A stretch of DNA of 64,000 nt from Haliotis rufescens (taxonomy: Eukaryota), in NCBI RefSeq assembly GCF_023055435.1, contig NW_025963791.1, forward strand, positions 37,572,001 to 37,636,000. Reading direction: 5' to 3'. Under the pieces are notes generated by a model. It was not told where the DNA came from. It did no database searches and worked only from the letters and a program-made list of their open reading frames with translations. The stretch's first letter is position 1. Each line of letters starts with the position of its first letter. Positions 1 through 12,632 of this stretch are shown piece by piece. The position numbers and the translations under genes were made by a program.

Positions 1-101
1 ACTGTATAAGTATTGTACATTTGTAACACAAGATGTCATACAAGAATTAAAACTAACTATTCTGAGGTGAATAATTTATCATCTGTGATAACAGTGAGGC
101 T

Positions 102-3100
102 CTAGTTGCCGTTGATGTAGCCGCTAACCCAGTTCTTGGACTTGACCGAGTTGCTATAGACACCTGGACGCTCGGGTCTGGCGCATCCGTATCCCCAGCT
201 TACGACACCTGGAGAAATCATAAGGGAATTGTTCAGGTTCATCACGATCAGACTGCATGCACACGTACGTGGCACACGTACTACAGTCAGTAGTTTCAAA
301 CAAATCCAACAAATATGAGAGTTAAGAAACATTCTACCAGGAAATTGGAATTTACTCGATTCTGATTGGTCATTCAGAGGCTATTTAATCACAATAAACC
401 CCCTCTGATTGAAACAGATGGTTTTACGGCCGAATCACCGCGGAAGCTAATATTCATAGATCAGTACTATTTTCAGTCATTGTCGGTAGGCATATTTAAA
501 TAATTATATCTACAATTACAGGTTACAAAATGCACGGATGCACTTACTACAATATTCAAAGGATGTGTGGCAATACATTTTGTGCAGAAAACACGACAGA
601 AATCTACAAAGGGAAAGTATTTACGTTTTGGAGACAACAGAGAGTTTGGAATTTGGCATTTATCCCCATAATGCCATTTGGTTAAGGAATGCATCTTTTC
701 ACCTGTTTAGGGTCCGACCGTTTGATATTCTGGTTGCAGCTGTAGCTTAAAAATATCTAGTCTGCATACAAAATCGGAAACATCCCCCCTCACCCTTACA
801 CCTACCAACGCCCCCCTCCCGCCCCCCACCCCCCACCCCACCCCACACACACCCTCAACCCCGAATATCGAATGGTCCCTCAGACCAAACGTTTAAGGTT
901 TCCCTTTTATTCTGCTTTAAAATTACCCTTCCGAATAAGCGTCACTCTATTCTTCAGCGGCAGTGCTTGGATTAGTGCTCAAGAAATTTCATAATTTCAT
1001 ATAGCGTAAAGGTACGTATCGATGCATGGCTCACTCACCGACAATCTCAACTCTTCCGCCACGGATTGCCATCAGAGGTCCACCACTGTCTCCCTGTCGA
1101 AAAAAATGCAGACAGTGTATATGTACCGTCTTGTGTTTTGGGAATAGATAAAGAAAAGATTTCCAACGTAATTGCGCGTTCATGTATCGATTTAAGCCTA
1201 GCTGGTAGCTTATCATTTCAGAGAACTCGCCAGAATAAGTAAAGTACAGAGACATACGTTTATTTACGTTGGACATACCAGAGACTTTCATTTGTTTCTA
1301 ACTCTTACCATGTTAAAGGACTGGGCTCCGTTCCATAAAGCGACCTTAGCACTAAGACGATCCTAACCCACTTACATAGACTTACGACAGTCGTAGGGCT
1401 AAGGTTGCTTTCTGGAAATAGACCCAGGTGAACATCTTCACTGTTAATGTTAATGTAATTGTTCACGAACTGTTCACGAACACCCACATTGCTATCGTTC
1501 GAGAGCTTCAATACACATACACTGCTATTGTTCAAGAACTGGCATACGCTGACTCTGTTGATGTTCGAGAATTGGTATATACTAACTGACAGTGCCATCT
1601 TTGAGGGAACTGTTATACACATACATANNNNNNNNNNNNNNNNNNNNNNNNNNNNNNNNNNNNNNNNNNNNNNNNNNNNNNNNNNNNNNNNNNNNNNNNN
1701 NNNNNNNNNNNNNNNNNNNNNNNNNNNNNNNNNNNNNNNNNNNNNNNNNNNNNNNNNNNNNNNNNNNNNNNNNNNNNNNNNNNNNNNNNNTCCAGTAACT
1801 GTTAACCTTCTACATCGCTTTTGTTTAGGAACTGTTAAACATCCAAATTGTTAATTTTTGAGAACTGGTATACACTTACACTGCCATTGTTCAAGAACTG
1901 TTTATAACATTATATTATGTGTTAAAAAGCCATTATGCTGTTGTTATACGATGTCATATTAGGTTAGCAGAATGGTCGATCTCACTTTGAGGCCTAAGAA
2001 AGAAAAATGAGCAGTCTACACAGATCGTTACAGTATGTCACTGGTGACATTATTCCTCGTGTCACACGCATCTAGGCTCATGGGAGGACATGTACGTCGG
2101 GTGCGAATTCCAGATGTTACCTGGCAGGCATCAGCACCGCCTGCATCAAAACCGGCACAAAGCATGTTGCTGTCGTAGTAGCTGTTGGAACCCAGTTGGT
2201 CTCTGCAGGTCTGGTGGGTTAGAATAGGCTTATTCACAACCTGAAGCTTGTCTGGTGATGAACCGCCTATATATTTGGGAGGTAACGAAATATTTAGGGC
2301 CCAAATATATAACGTAGACAATGGATCAGTGAACCGCCTGTACATAACGTAGTCAATGGGTTAGTGAACCGCCTGTACATAACGTAGACATTGGGTTAGT
2401 GAACCGCCTGTACATAACGTAGACAGTGGGTTAGTGAAACGCCTATATATAACGTAGACAATGGGTTAATGAACCGCCTATATATAACGTAGACAATGGG
2501 TTAGTGAACCGCCTGTACATAACGTAGACAATGGGTCAGCGAACCGTCTATATATAACGTAGACAATGGGTTAGTGAACCGCCTATATATAACGTACACA
2601 ATGGGTTAGTGAACCGCCTATATATAACGTACACAATGGGTTAGTGAACCGCCTGTACATAACGTAGACAATGGGTCAGCGAACCGCCTATATATAACGT
2701 AGACAATGGGTTAGTGAACCGCCTATATATAACGTAGACAGTGGGTTAGTGAACCGCCTGTACATTACAAATAATATCTGCACTTGCAAACATGGTCAGA
2801 TGGTGTACCTTCATCCATGACATTTGTTTGTCAGAAATGTGGAATGAATAACATACCCTCTGTGAGGGCGCCCCAGCCGCTGACGAAGGAATTTTCCCCA
2901 GGACTTATGTCACCAATCGGGAAACATCCAGGCCTCACGTAGTCGTTCACAGTCGGGTTGGAGGCCAACCGCAGCAGGGCAATGTCCCAGTTATACGTGC
3001 TGGAGCTGTAGGAAGGGTTGTTGATGACCTGATCTACACCGATGTGCTGCCTTGTGCTGGTCTCAGTGGCAGAAAGGTCATGACGCCCAAGACGCATTTC

Positions 3101-6100
3101 CCATTGGTTGGCATTGGTGTTCCTGCAAGCATATTCAGAAGAAGGTGTTTTCTGGGTCAGGTTGAGCTCATCTGGTTCTGCCTTTTCGAAACCACATGAG
3201 CACTGACGCTGGAACTTTGCATGGAGAATGTCACGAAAGTCTTTCACCACTTCAGTAAAAGTCCCTGTTGGTTTCCACTTCAACAATACAGAAACAGCTA
3301 TATTTGTTACTTAATACCCAATTAACAATATATCTTATACCAGCATCACAATGTCCCTCCTGCTCACTTCAGAGATGCAGATGCACATGTACCACTTCAC
3401 ACATGTGACCATCCCTCTCCCACCTGTAACATTCCCCTCGATCTGTAACATCTTCCGCCCCTATCCCACCTGCAATCACCCCTACATACATGTAATACAC
3501 CCCGACACCCGCTTCACTAAACGTGCACCCATAATACTCTAATTACACTCGTAATCAGTTCAGGACTTACCAGACCAGCCCCTACAACCCTTCAACCTCC
3601 AACTCTGCAATGTCCATTTACACAGGCACGGATTTCTTTTCTATACATTTCAATATCCGTTCTAAACTTGTCACATCTCCTTACACTGTGCAATGGGCTG
3701 CTGTGAGGACGTAGCTTCTGCTGCCACTTCCCTGGACCAGACTACCTCCACATCTGAAGGATCCACGGTAGTACATGGCGACCTAGAAAGGAAACACAGT
3801 GCTGATTACCAAACTTCCTCTTGGTCCATTTTCGGGGCACGGTACCGCTATTTGAGTTACATCCTTTGGGCATGCCAGAAACCTTTGATTGTGGGTTCGA
3901 ATCACTGTTCACCACGATTATATTTCTAGGTTCGGCCGCACCATAACCTGTCCTCGCAGATTTCACCCTTGCATCACTTTGGGCTTTCCACATTCCGCTG
4001 ACACGCCCTGATATAACTGGAATACTGTCCAAAGCGTTAAAGAGTTACTCACTTGATTCATTTGCAGTGGTCTAAGGCGCTGCAACTAGCTGTCTAGTGT
4101 TTTGTCCCTTACCCACGCTGGATCTGATAATATTGATCTTACCTTATTAAATCCATTTTGTTAACACTCTGAGACATACGTACATATAGGTTGGTACCAC
4201 AAGCCGCATTTCGCTTTGTATAATTTGTTTTTAACATTGTTGTTTGGGGGAAGATATAATTCAGATAAGATATCATGAGTTCCAATGTCAGATTCACCCT
4301 CGTTTCTTGTTTTTGCAGCAGCAAACCCGTGGCAAACATGACAGACAACATTACTTCCATAACCAAGCTGTTTATAACTGTTTGAACATGCACTTAGTCT
4401 GTTTTGTGGCACATTCAAAGGAAGCTGTAGTGACCAACTTCTAGCTAAATGTTTGACAATTCTAACACTCACCATCCATGGGTAAGCGTGTTTGGCAGCC
4501 TCTTGCCCACCTACAATGTAGTGGTCGGGGTACTTGTAGCTGACAACGTTACTGCCGCAACCAGGAGCGTTAATGTCCCACGTTGAGGGCGCGGCTGACA
4601 CTGTGAAAATAACATAGTGTCATCAGTACAGTGTTTTCTCACCCTGATGTAGCCATATCAGTTGATCGTATCGTGAATTTTAGGCTTGTGTTCCACTTTG
4701 GTGCATTTGTGGCTGTTTCCGGGCAAGTTAATGATGAGTTTCATTACTTCGGGTTCATGTATTCTATCTAGGGTTAAAAAGTTAAACCCAACAAACTTTT
4801 CTGCAAGCCAAATAAAAGTAACTCCATGCATTGTCTATAATGGTAAAAGTAGATTTAATCGAGTAACATCAGACACATATTGAGTAGAGAAGCAAGATTT
4901 GAAAATATTAGAATTCAGATATGAAAAGAGAAATTAAAAATTAATAAGAGCAACCCTATATCTGTTTTCACAGCATATATAAACATTTCTCATAGAACAT
5001 AAATTGGAAGAGAATTTTCCAAATGGCTGCGTTTATGTTTTATGCTCATAGCGCTAACAGTTATTACAGGATCAGGATCAGTCCACATCTTATTGTACTT
5101 CTCAACTCCATGAAGTGTCCACAAAGTGACTATCAGGGACTGGAAGACTCTGTAATCACAGTCTCATCTCATTCTGTTTGCCGAACAGAAGACGCCACAG
5201 ATGTAATACAATGAGTTTCAGTGGATGAAGAACCGAGGCCCTAAAATAATTGAAGTGACCTCCTGGACACTATATCTTTATTACAAATTGTAAATAACAC
5301 ACCACATTGGTTACTGTTTAGTGTTTTGCACTTATTTATGTCACATCATACATGTATAACTATAACTAGATAAGCGGTTACTTTGTGGTTAAAGTGTCTA
5401 TTTTACACGCCGATACCGGGTTCAAATTTTCCCATGTATTTTAATGCATCTCACTTAGGTTTGAAAACTTACACCTAAATGTAGACAGACGCGCGCTGCC
5501 GATGGAAAGAAATGATGTTTTTGGAATCTGATCCGTTACGTTGAAACGCTTCATTTACTTTTGCTTCAAAGAACCACCGTAACGCTTCGTCTACTTAAGC
5601 ACATGTTCAACGAAGGAGATGCATGTACCTTCGAAATTATCTTCAAACTGATGCTAAAGTTTCAGCAATGCCTCGGCCTATATACCATGATATGCTCACC
5701 TTCTCGCCAACACCTGGTATCATCACAATTTGATAGTGATTCATAAACACATGGTCATGACACAGTCGGAAATGTACAATCCACTCTGCTTTTAGCAGAG
5801 ATTACTTGTGGTTACGGTATTGTCGCTTTTATTTACAACTCCAGTTTACCCGGATGTATCCTTTACAAAAGCAGCAGTGGAGAAGTGTTACTCAACGAAT
5901 TGCTGAAAACCTCGACCGTATTCACATAACTACACAGAACATAACGGTCAATTTGGGAAACTGCTTACTGAAAACGAAATAAGATATAGAATTTCTTTGG
6001 ACACTTTGAACATTTACTTTTGGGTAAAGACTGTCGCAAGGCTGTCTTGTGACATGTAAACGACTGTTATATGCTTGAGTAAGGGGCTTAGGGACTGGGA

Positions 6101-8826
6101 TTAACAATAATCTGTTCCCGAAAATTCTGTATAATATTATTTGTTCTCATTTTCTCAAGCTGGATGTGCTGACAAATAATGTGGTGTTAGTCCCATATAA
6201 AATGTTTTGATCTGTTTGTTCGTTGTTTGTTGTTTAATGCCGTACTCAAACATATTCCACCTAAACTGCCGGAGAAAAGAAAGTATACAGCCATGTTTAA
6301 TGGTGGCTCAAAATGAAACAAGCAAGACGTTGTCATTTGCTGGTGATGTAGTTCATACGGGTATTATAGTTGTGTTTTATAGACATAAAGTTTGCAGTGT
6401 TTTCCGTCAAATAATGTTTGTAAATGTTGGGTCAAATCCAAAGTGTATGCTTTCTTTTATACGACGACCGTCTGTATTAACCAAGTCTTGACCAGACAAT
6501 CGTGTGTTTTGTGCTGACTGAAACACATTTTCAAATGGAAAGTATTTACATCATATACCACTGATTATTATTATCATTTACAGATAAATATAAAAAATGC
6601 AGCAAAGAGGGTTTGGGTGATCCTGACAGTCAGGCTGGTCAGGCTCATTATCAGCTCAGGGCCCTTGCCCTCTATACACGCAGCCCAGACAGCGAATGGG
6701 ACTTCTCCCAGGAAGCGCTGCCTAGTCAAATCCACCGAGACCTTTTCGGAGAATGTGAAGACTCCCCAACACTGCAGCCTTCTGCATAAATCAGATTGTC
6801 AGAAGGGCTGTATTCCTGGTAGCAAACCCGGGTACTCTCCCGAAGCCAGTCAACAGATTGGGAGGTACCAAGAACAAAGGGGAGTCGGACAACTTGGTAC
6901 TTGAGATGCAAGCGTGACATTTCGTAAGCGAGGTCCGCATATTTGCCATGTTTTTCCTGAATCTTGTCAATCACATTAGTGTCAAAAGAGACAGAAAACG
7001 CAATGATGTAAATGACTTCATTGGATTTATAGAAAAGGACAAGATCAGGTTTGTTGGTCTGGATAGGTCTGAGGCTGTGTTTGTGCCAAAGCTGGGCATC
7101 AACTGACAATGTGTTGGACAATCTCATTAAATATATTGCATAATCTACATTTCATATGTATATGTTGATGCAAAATCACACATTGATGGTTTCAGGTATT
7201 GCAACACCAGCTCATACCAGCGCTCCAAGTTGTCCTTGACAGCGCCATCTATTTGACGCGGTTACACAACAACAACGACATTGAAACATGGGTCTCAGCA
7301 ACGCTTAGAAGATAAGAACAAGATATCTTCAAGCAGAATAATCTCTTACACAAATCAAACACTTACTCTATGTGGGGATAGATTTAAACAAAATAAAATG
7401 ACTACCACCTTCAATAAGTAATCATGTGCAGGTAAATTAGGTAATTCTTAAATATTACAGACAACCCAGTGGTTGATAGTGTGAGCATCAAACCACTGTT
7501 CAGGTAACAATATGTGACGGTGTGAGACTTTCTGTGGAATTAAAGACCAATTCGACCAAGGCTGTTGGTGGTACCATCTTTGTACAGCGAGTGTGTTGCT
7601 GACAATATTAGATTCGAACGCATGCCCAACAGATCCTGGTAGGGCTATGGGAGGCAACTCCGCTAGAGTAAAAAAATATCTTGGATATATATTAACGACA
7701 TTTACACATATTTAGCCCAAAGAATAGGGTTCAGCGTAGATGTAGTGGTTATGTTGGTGTGGGATGACACGGTGTATATAACACAATGATTTTAATATCC
7801 TTCTGACATCACTAATTTAAGTGATCCATTCATATAATGTTCACCACAATTTTGTCTTTACGCCCAATGGAACCTAATTCGGCAGATAATCGAGACTGGG
7901 TATTCTCTGGTGTTGTCGTTTTATATTTATAGGAACAGTATCATCGGAAGGCAGAGTTGGCTGTGTAGGTCAAATAGTTGCCAGAAATAACAAACTGTGA
8001 GACAACATCATGATGAAGTAACAGAAATATTTATCACCCTTCAATAATTAGCTCTTATTAATACATTGACAGCTGAATTTTCAAACAGATTCTCAAACTC
8101 AGCTGTTTTCTTTGAGACAGACGTGTTTATTCACTATTTCGGGCATGTGGCCCTGATTACGATTGTATAAACAAAAAAATAGTTGTAGTCACCTAACTGA
8201 CGGGGCATTTACTGAACTAACAACGCTTAGAAATCTTATAGAACATGTGTTTGATAAGATAGCTACCGACTTAAAGGTATTTACATACTTGGAGTTAAGT
8301 AAATTGTACATCACTTGGTGATTGACGTAAGTATGTAGCAAACATTGTTTTCTTTGTAAAGAAATTCTAAACTTACAAATCGCTCGTAGAAATGATTTTG
8401 TTATTTAATATTGAATATTTCTAAGATTCAAACACAGAATTTATGGAAGCATAGTTTGAAAGAAACCGAGATCGAATACTTTCTGACAAACCTTGAACAG
8501 AAATATCGATGAGTCTTTGTTTAAAGGTAGAATCAAATGATAACTAATTCTAGTTCTTGGGTAACTTAACAGGAAAAACCAAAGGAAAATGTTCTGACAT
8601 CAGATATATGTTTGCCATTATTCGAAGCAAATTTTCAAATTGCAAGAAATATGACTCATGAACCTTTTCAATCTTTTCAAAATTTGTCAAACAAAAAATG
8701 CCCTCACTGAAAGTAAACATTCTTCTCAAAACTGAAATCTGACACTGTCTTTGTCAATGGCCTATCTCCCCACTGTCCCAACTCACCTGCCGCAACAAGG
8801 AATGCGATGAGACAGTACGTGGTCAT
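102..8826 (-). CDS. Secreted trypsin-like serine protease (peptidase S1A), 7 coding exons, 279 aa (protease A)
   Basis: Exons 8826-8787 ([13 protein letters not shown]), 4600-4473 (..DHY-IVGG..YPWM), 3782-3685 (CGGSL..TAAHC), 3122-2857 (DIALL..GWG), 2266-2121 (MLCAG..DACQ), 1093-1039 (GDSGGP), 208-102 ([16 protein letters not shown]). All junctions are GT-AG with consistent phases, and the total is 840 nt with no internal stop. His/Asp/Ser triad and Asp189 are present. Confidence 0.9.
1628..1790. other. Assembly gap (N run)
   Basis: Run of N inside intron 5 of protease A, flanked by degenerate short repeats. Confidence 0.99.
2261..2765. repeat. 35-bp minisatellite (13 units plus a modified terminal unit) in intron 4 of protease A
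   Basis: GAACCGCCT recurs at 2331, 2366, 2401 and so on up to 2751 (period 35). Unit is GTGAACCGCCTGTACATAACGTAGACAATGGGTTA. Confidence 0.95.
3833..4055 (+). mobile_element. tRNA-derived SINE, family C
   Basis: GGGGCACGG start, GGGTTCGAATC B-box and an ACTCACT tail. Similar to the copies at 20101, 54550 and 60388. Confidence 0.65.
6726..7127 (-). mobile_element. 3' fragment of an RLE-type non-LTR retrotransposon (R2/R4/NeSL group), restriction-like endonuclease region
   Basis: The ORF contains [31 protein letters not shown], matching the PD..(D/E)..K..KY pattern of RLE domains. Degenerate, with no RT seen. Confidence 0.65.
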
Positions 8827-8877
8827 GTCTACAGGTTAATCCTTATTCCTGAAACACACGGAATGGTATTGAGTATC

Positions 8878-8918
8878 GTATTTATAGCCGTAATGTTTTT
8901 TCCACGCTGTTCATTGGT
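8878..8918 (-). promoter_or_regulatory. Putative TATA box (TATAAATA) and CCAAT box of protease A
   Basis: On the minus strand, CTATAAATA lies about 55 nt upstream of the ATG at 8826, and CCAAT lies about 30 nt further upstream. Motif match only. Confidence 0.45.
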
Positions 8919-9409
8919 CCATTACAGCCACGGCTCCGTCTGACGTTTTCTCAGGTAGATACAAACAGACCTATAAAACTATGATACGCTCAAACGGTTT
9001 CAGCACTATTTGATATGGATTCAAAAACATATGCTCATGGTATATATGGTCGGAATCATACAATCGACATTGCTTTTGGTAGAGCTTTCTGATAAAAATG
9101 GAAAGGGTTTTGTCGCTAATATTTACATGGTACACACCACGTGGATATCTGAATTCTACCCTGCATAATTACACGCGAATATAAAAGATCGAAGTGACAA
9201 GGGTTAGAAAGTCTGAGGTTAGGAAACTTGTACTTTTAGAACATCCAGCATGTGTAATGAACGAGTTATTTTCTTGAAGGTGTCATCACGGATGCCACAA
9301 CACACTTTTACTTTGAGAACACCGAACGTGTAATGAACAAGTTATTTTCTTGGGTAAATCCGAGGACAAGTTATTTGAAGGTGTCATCACGGATGTCATG
9401 CGATGCCTA

Positions 9410-10160
9410 CCTCTATTTAGCCTTTTACGCCCAATGAAATCTGTTTTGTTGGATAATCGAGACTGGTTATTCTTCCGCCTTGATGTCTACGTATCTACAG
9501 CAAAAATACACATGAAGCATAAACCAGTCCCACCGCTGGACGATAACTGTATCTTGTATGAGAGACCCTTTATATTCCCGTAAAAGTTACTTTTATGAGC
9601 AAACGGTTTATGAAATTGCGTTTGATAGAAAATGATGACAAATTCGTTGGCCATGTATGTCTCTCGTGTCAGCAAGGGTATTTTCAAGACTAACGACCCT
9701 AGACTATATTTGGGCGGTGGGATAGCCAAGTGGTAATAGCGTTCTCTCGTCACGCTGAAGGCCTTTCACCGCTATTTCGCCTTTTGCGCTCAACATAATC
9801 TGTTTTGTAGGATAATTGAGACGTTTTAAATTTAATCTTTCTACGGACCTTCATCAGGAATTCACTTGAAGCATATAACCAGTCTCACGTCTGGAGGATA
9901 ACTGTATCTTGTATGAGGGACCTTTTATATTCCTGTGAAAGTTACTTTTATAAACAAACGGTTTATGACATTGCGTTTGATAGCCAATGATGGCAAATTC
10001 GTTGGTCATGTCTGTCGTGTCAGCCAAGATCATTTTCAAGACTTCCAACCCAAGATTATATTGGGGCGGTGGGGTAGCCTAGTGGTTGGAGCGTTCGCTC
10101 GTCATGCTGAAGGCCCGGGTTTGATTCCTCCCATGGGTCCAACGTGTGAAGTCCGTTGCT
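9410..10160. repeat. ~360-bp tandem duplication, each unit ending in a truncated SINE family A head
   Basis: 9410-9765 is similar to 9770-10100 (GGATAACTGTATCTTGTATGAG..AAAGTTACTTTTAT..). Related pieces lie near 7855 and 22480. Confidence 0.7.
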
Positions 10161-10365
10161 TGTGGACAGGCCGTAATATCAAAAATATGTCAGGTTCTGA
10201 CACTTGAGTGGCGAAGTGAGGACTGTGAAATATTGAAAACTATACACATTTAACTAACCCTAACTGGAGAGATAGTAACCCGAGCGAGATAACCGTGTAG
10301 ATGATTCTCCACATGGAGATAAGCCCATTCAGGTGTTTCCCGCTGTGACATGTTTATCAGTCGGA

Positions 10366-12115
10366 TCAATGATTAGACGACACTTGAGTCTGTCCCATTA
10401 TTAGAAGTGACTAGAGTATGATCCATGATTAGAAGTAACTTGAGAAGGGTCCATGCTTAGAAGTAGCTTGAGTATGATCCATGATTGGAAGTAACTTGAG
10501 TATAATCCATGATTAGAGGTGACTTCAGTGAGGCCCATTATTAAAAGTAACTTGAAAAGGGTCCATGATTAGAAGTCCCTTGAGTAGGGTCCATGTTTAG
10601 AAGTAACTTGAGAAGGGTCCATTATTAGAGGTAACTTGAGAAGGGTCCATGATTAGAAGTAACTTGAGTAGGGCCCACGATTAGAAGTAACTTGAGAAGG
10701 GTCCATTATGAGAAGTAACTTGAGAAGGGTCCATGATTAGAAGTAACTTGAGAAGGGTACATGATTAGAAGTAACTTGACTAGGGCCCAAGATCAGAAGT
10801 GACTTAAGTGAGACCCATTATAAGAAGTAACTTGAGAAGGGTCCATGATTAGAAGTAACTTGACTAGGGCCCAAGATCAGAAGTGACTTAAGCGAGACCC
10901 ATTATAAGAAGTAACTTGAGAAGGGTCCATGATTAGAAGTAACTTGAGTATGAGCCACGATTGGAAGTAACTTGAGTAGGGCCCAAGATCAGAAGTGACT
11001 GAAGTGAGACTCATTATAAGAAGTAACTTGAGAAGGGTACATGATTAGAAGTAACTTGACTAGGGCCCAAGATCAGAAGTGACTTAAGTGAGACCCATTA
11101 TAAGAAGTAACTTGAGAAGGGTCCATGATTAGAAGTAACTTGACTAGGGCCCAAGATCAGAAGTGACTTAAGTGAGACCCATTATAAGAAGTAACTTGAG
11201 AAGGGTCCATGATTAGAAGTAACTTGACTAGGGCCCAAGATCAGAAGTGACTTAAGTGAGACCCATTATAAGAAGTAACTTGAGAAGGGTCCATGATTAG
11301 AAGTAACTTGAGTATGAGCCACGATTAGAAGTAACTTGAGTAGGGCCCAAGATCAGAAGTGACTTAAGTGAGACCCATTATAAGAAGTAACTTGAGAAGG
11401 GTCCATGATTAGAAGTAACTAGAGAATGGTCCATGATTAGAAGTAACTTGAGTAGGGCCCAAGATCAGAAGTGACTTAAGTGAGACTCATTATTAGAAGT
11501 AACTTGAGAAGGGTACATGATTAGAAGTAACTTGAGTAGGGCCCAAGATTAGAAGTGACTTGAGAAGGGTCCATGATTAGAAGTAACTAGAGAATGGTCC
11601 ATGATTAGAAGTAACTTGAGTAGGGCCCAAGATCAGAAGTGACTTAAGTGAGACTCATTATTAGAAGTAACTTGAGAAGGGTACATGATTAGAAGTAACT
11701 TGAGTAGGGCCCAAGATTAGAAGTGACTTGAGAAGGGTCCATGATTAGAAGTACGCTGAGTAGGGTCCATGATTAGAAGTGACTTTAGTGAGACCCATTA
11801 TAAGAAGCAACTTGAGTAGGACCGATGGTTAGAAGTAACTTGAGTAGGGTCCATGATTAGAAGTGACTTTAGTGAGACCCATTATAAGAAGTAACTTGAG
11901 TAGGACCGATGATTAGAAGTAACTTGAGTAGGGTCCATGATTAGATGTAACTTGAGTAGGGTCCATGATTAGAAGTACTTTGAGTAGGACCCATGATTAG
12001 AAGTATCTTGAGAAGGGTCCATGATGAGAAGTAACTTGAATATGATCCAAGATTAGAAGTGACTTCAGTGAGACCCATTATTAGAAGAAACTTGAGTAGG
12101 GTCCATGATTAGAAG
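10366..12115. repeat. 28-bp minisatellite, ~60 units, with a 3-unit (84 bp) higher-order block
   Basis: Unit CCATGATTAGAAGTAACTTGAGAAGGGT. The trimer AGAAGGGTCC / ACTAGGGCCC / AGTGAGACCC repeats across about 10750-11400. Confidence 0.95.
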
Positions 12116-12310
12116 TCAGTGAACCGCCTGTACATAACGTAGACAGTGGGTCAGTGAACCGCCTGTACATAACGTAGACATTGGGTTAGTGAACCGCCTG
12201 TACATAACGTAGACAATGGGTTCGTGAACCGCCTGTACATAACGTAGACAATGGGTTAGTGAACCGCCTGTACATAACGTAGACAATGGGTTAGTGAACC
12301 GCCTGTACAT
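12116..12310. repeat. 35-bp minisatellite, second array (~5.5 units)
   Basis: Same unit as 2261-2765, followed by sequence homologous to 2761-2856. Confidence 0.9.
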
Positions 12311-12632
12311 TACAAATAATATCTGTACCTGCAAACATGTCAGACGAGGGGCCTTCATCCATAACATTTATTTATCAGAAATGTTGAATCAATTACATAC
12401 ACTCTCGGAACTGATCAACATGGTCATATTATTAGTCATGGTGTCTTTAGCTGCCGTATGCGATGTCATATTAGGTTAGCAGAATGGTCGATCTCACTTT
12501 GAGGCCTAAGAACGAAAAATGAGCAGTCTACACAGATCGTTACAGTATGTCACTGGTGACATTATTCCTCGTGTCACACGCATCTAGGCTCATGAGAGGA
12601 CATGGAGGTCGGGTGCGGATTCCAGATGTTAC

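Noticed and set aside
781-860. C-rich tract (G-quadruplex potential on the sense strand of protease A intron 6)
   Set aside because: Low-complexity sequence with no supporting evidence of function.
10366-12115. 28-bp array as a CRISPR array
   Set aside because: Units are contiguous with no unique spacers, there are no cas genes, and the context is eukaryotic. The same applies to the 20-, 29-, 35- and 63-bp arrays.
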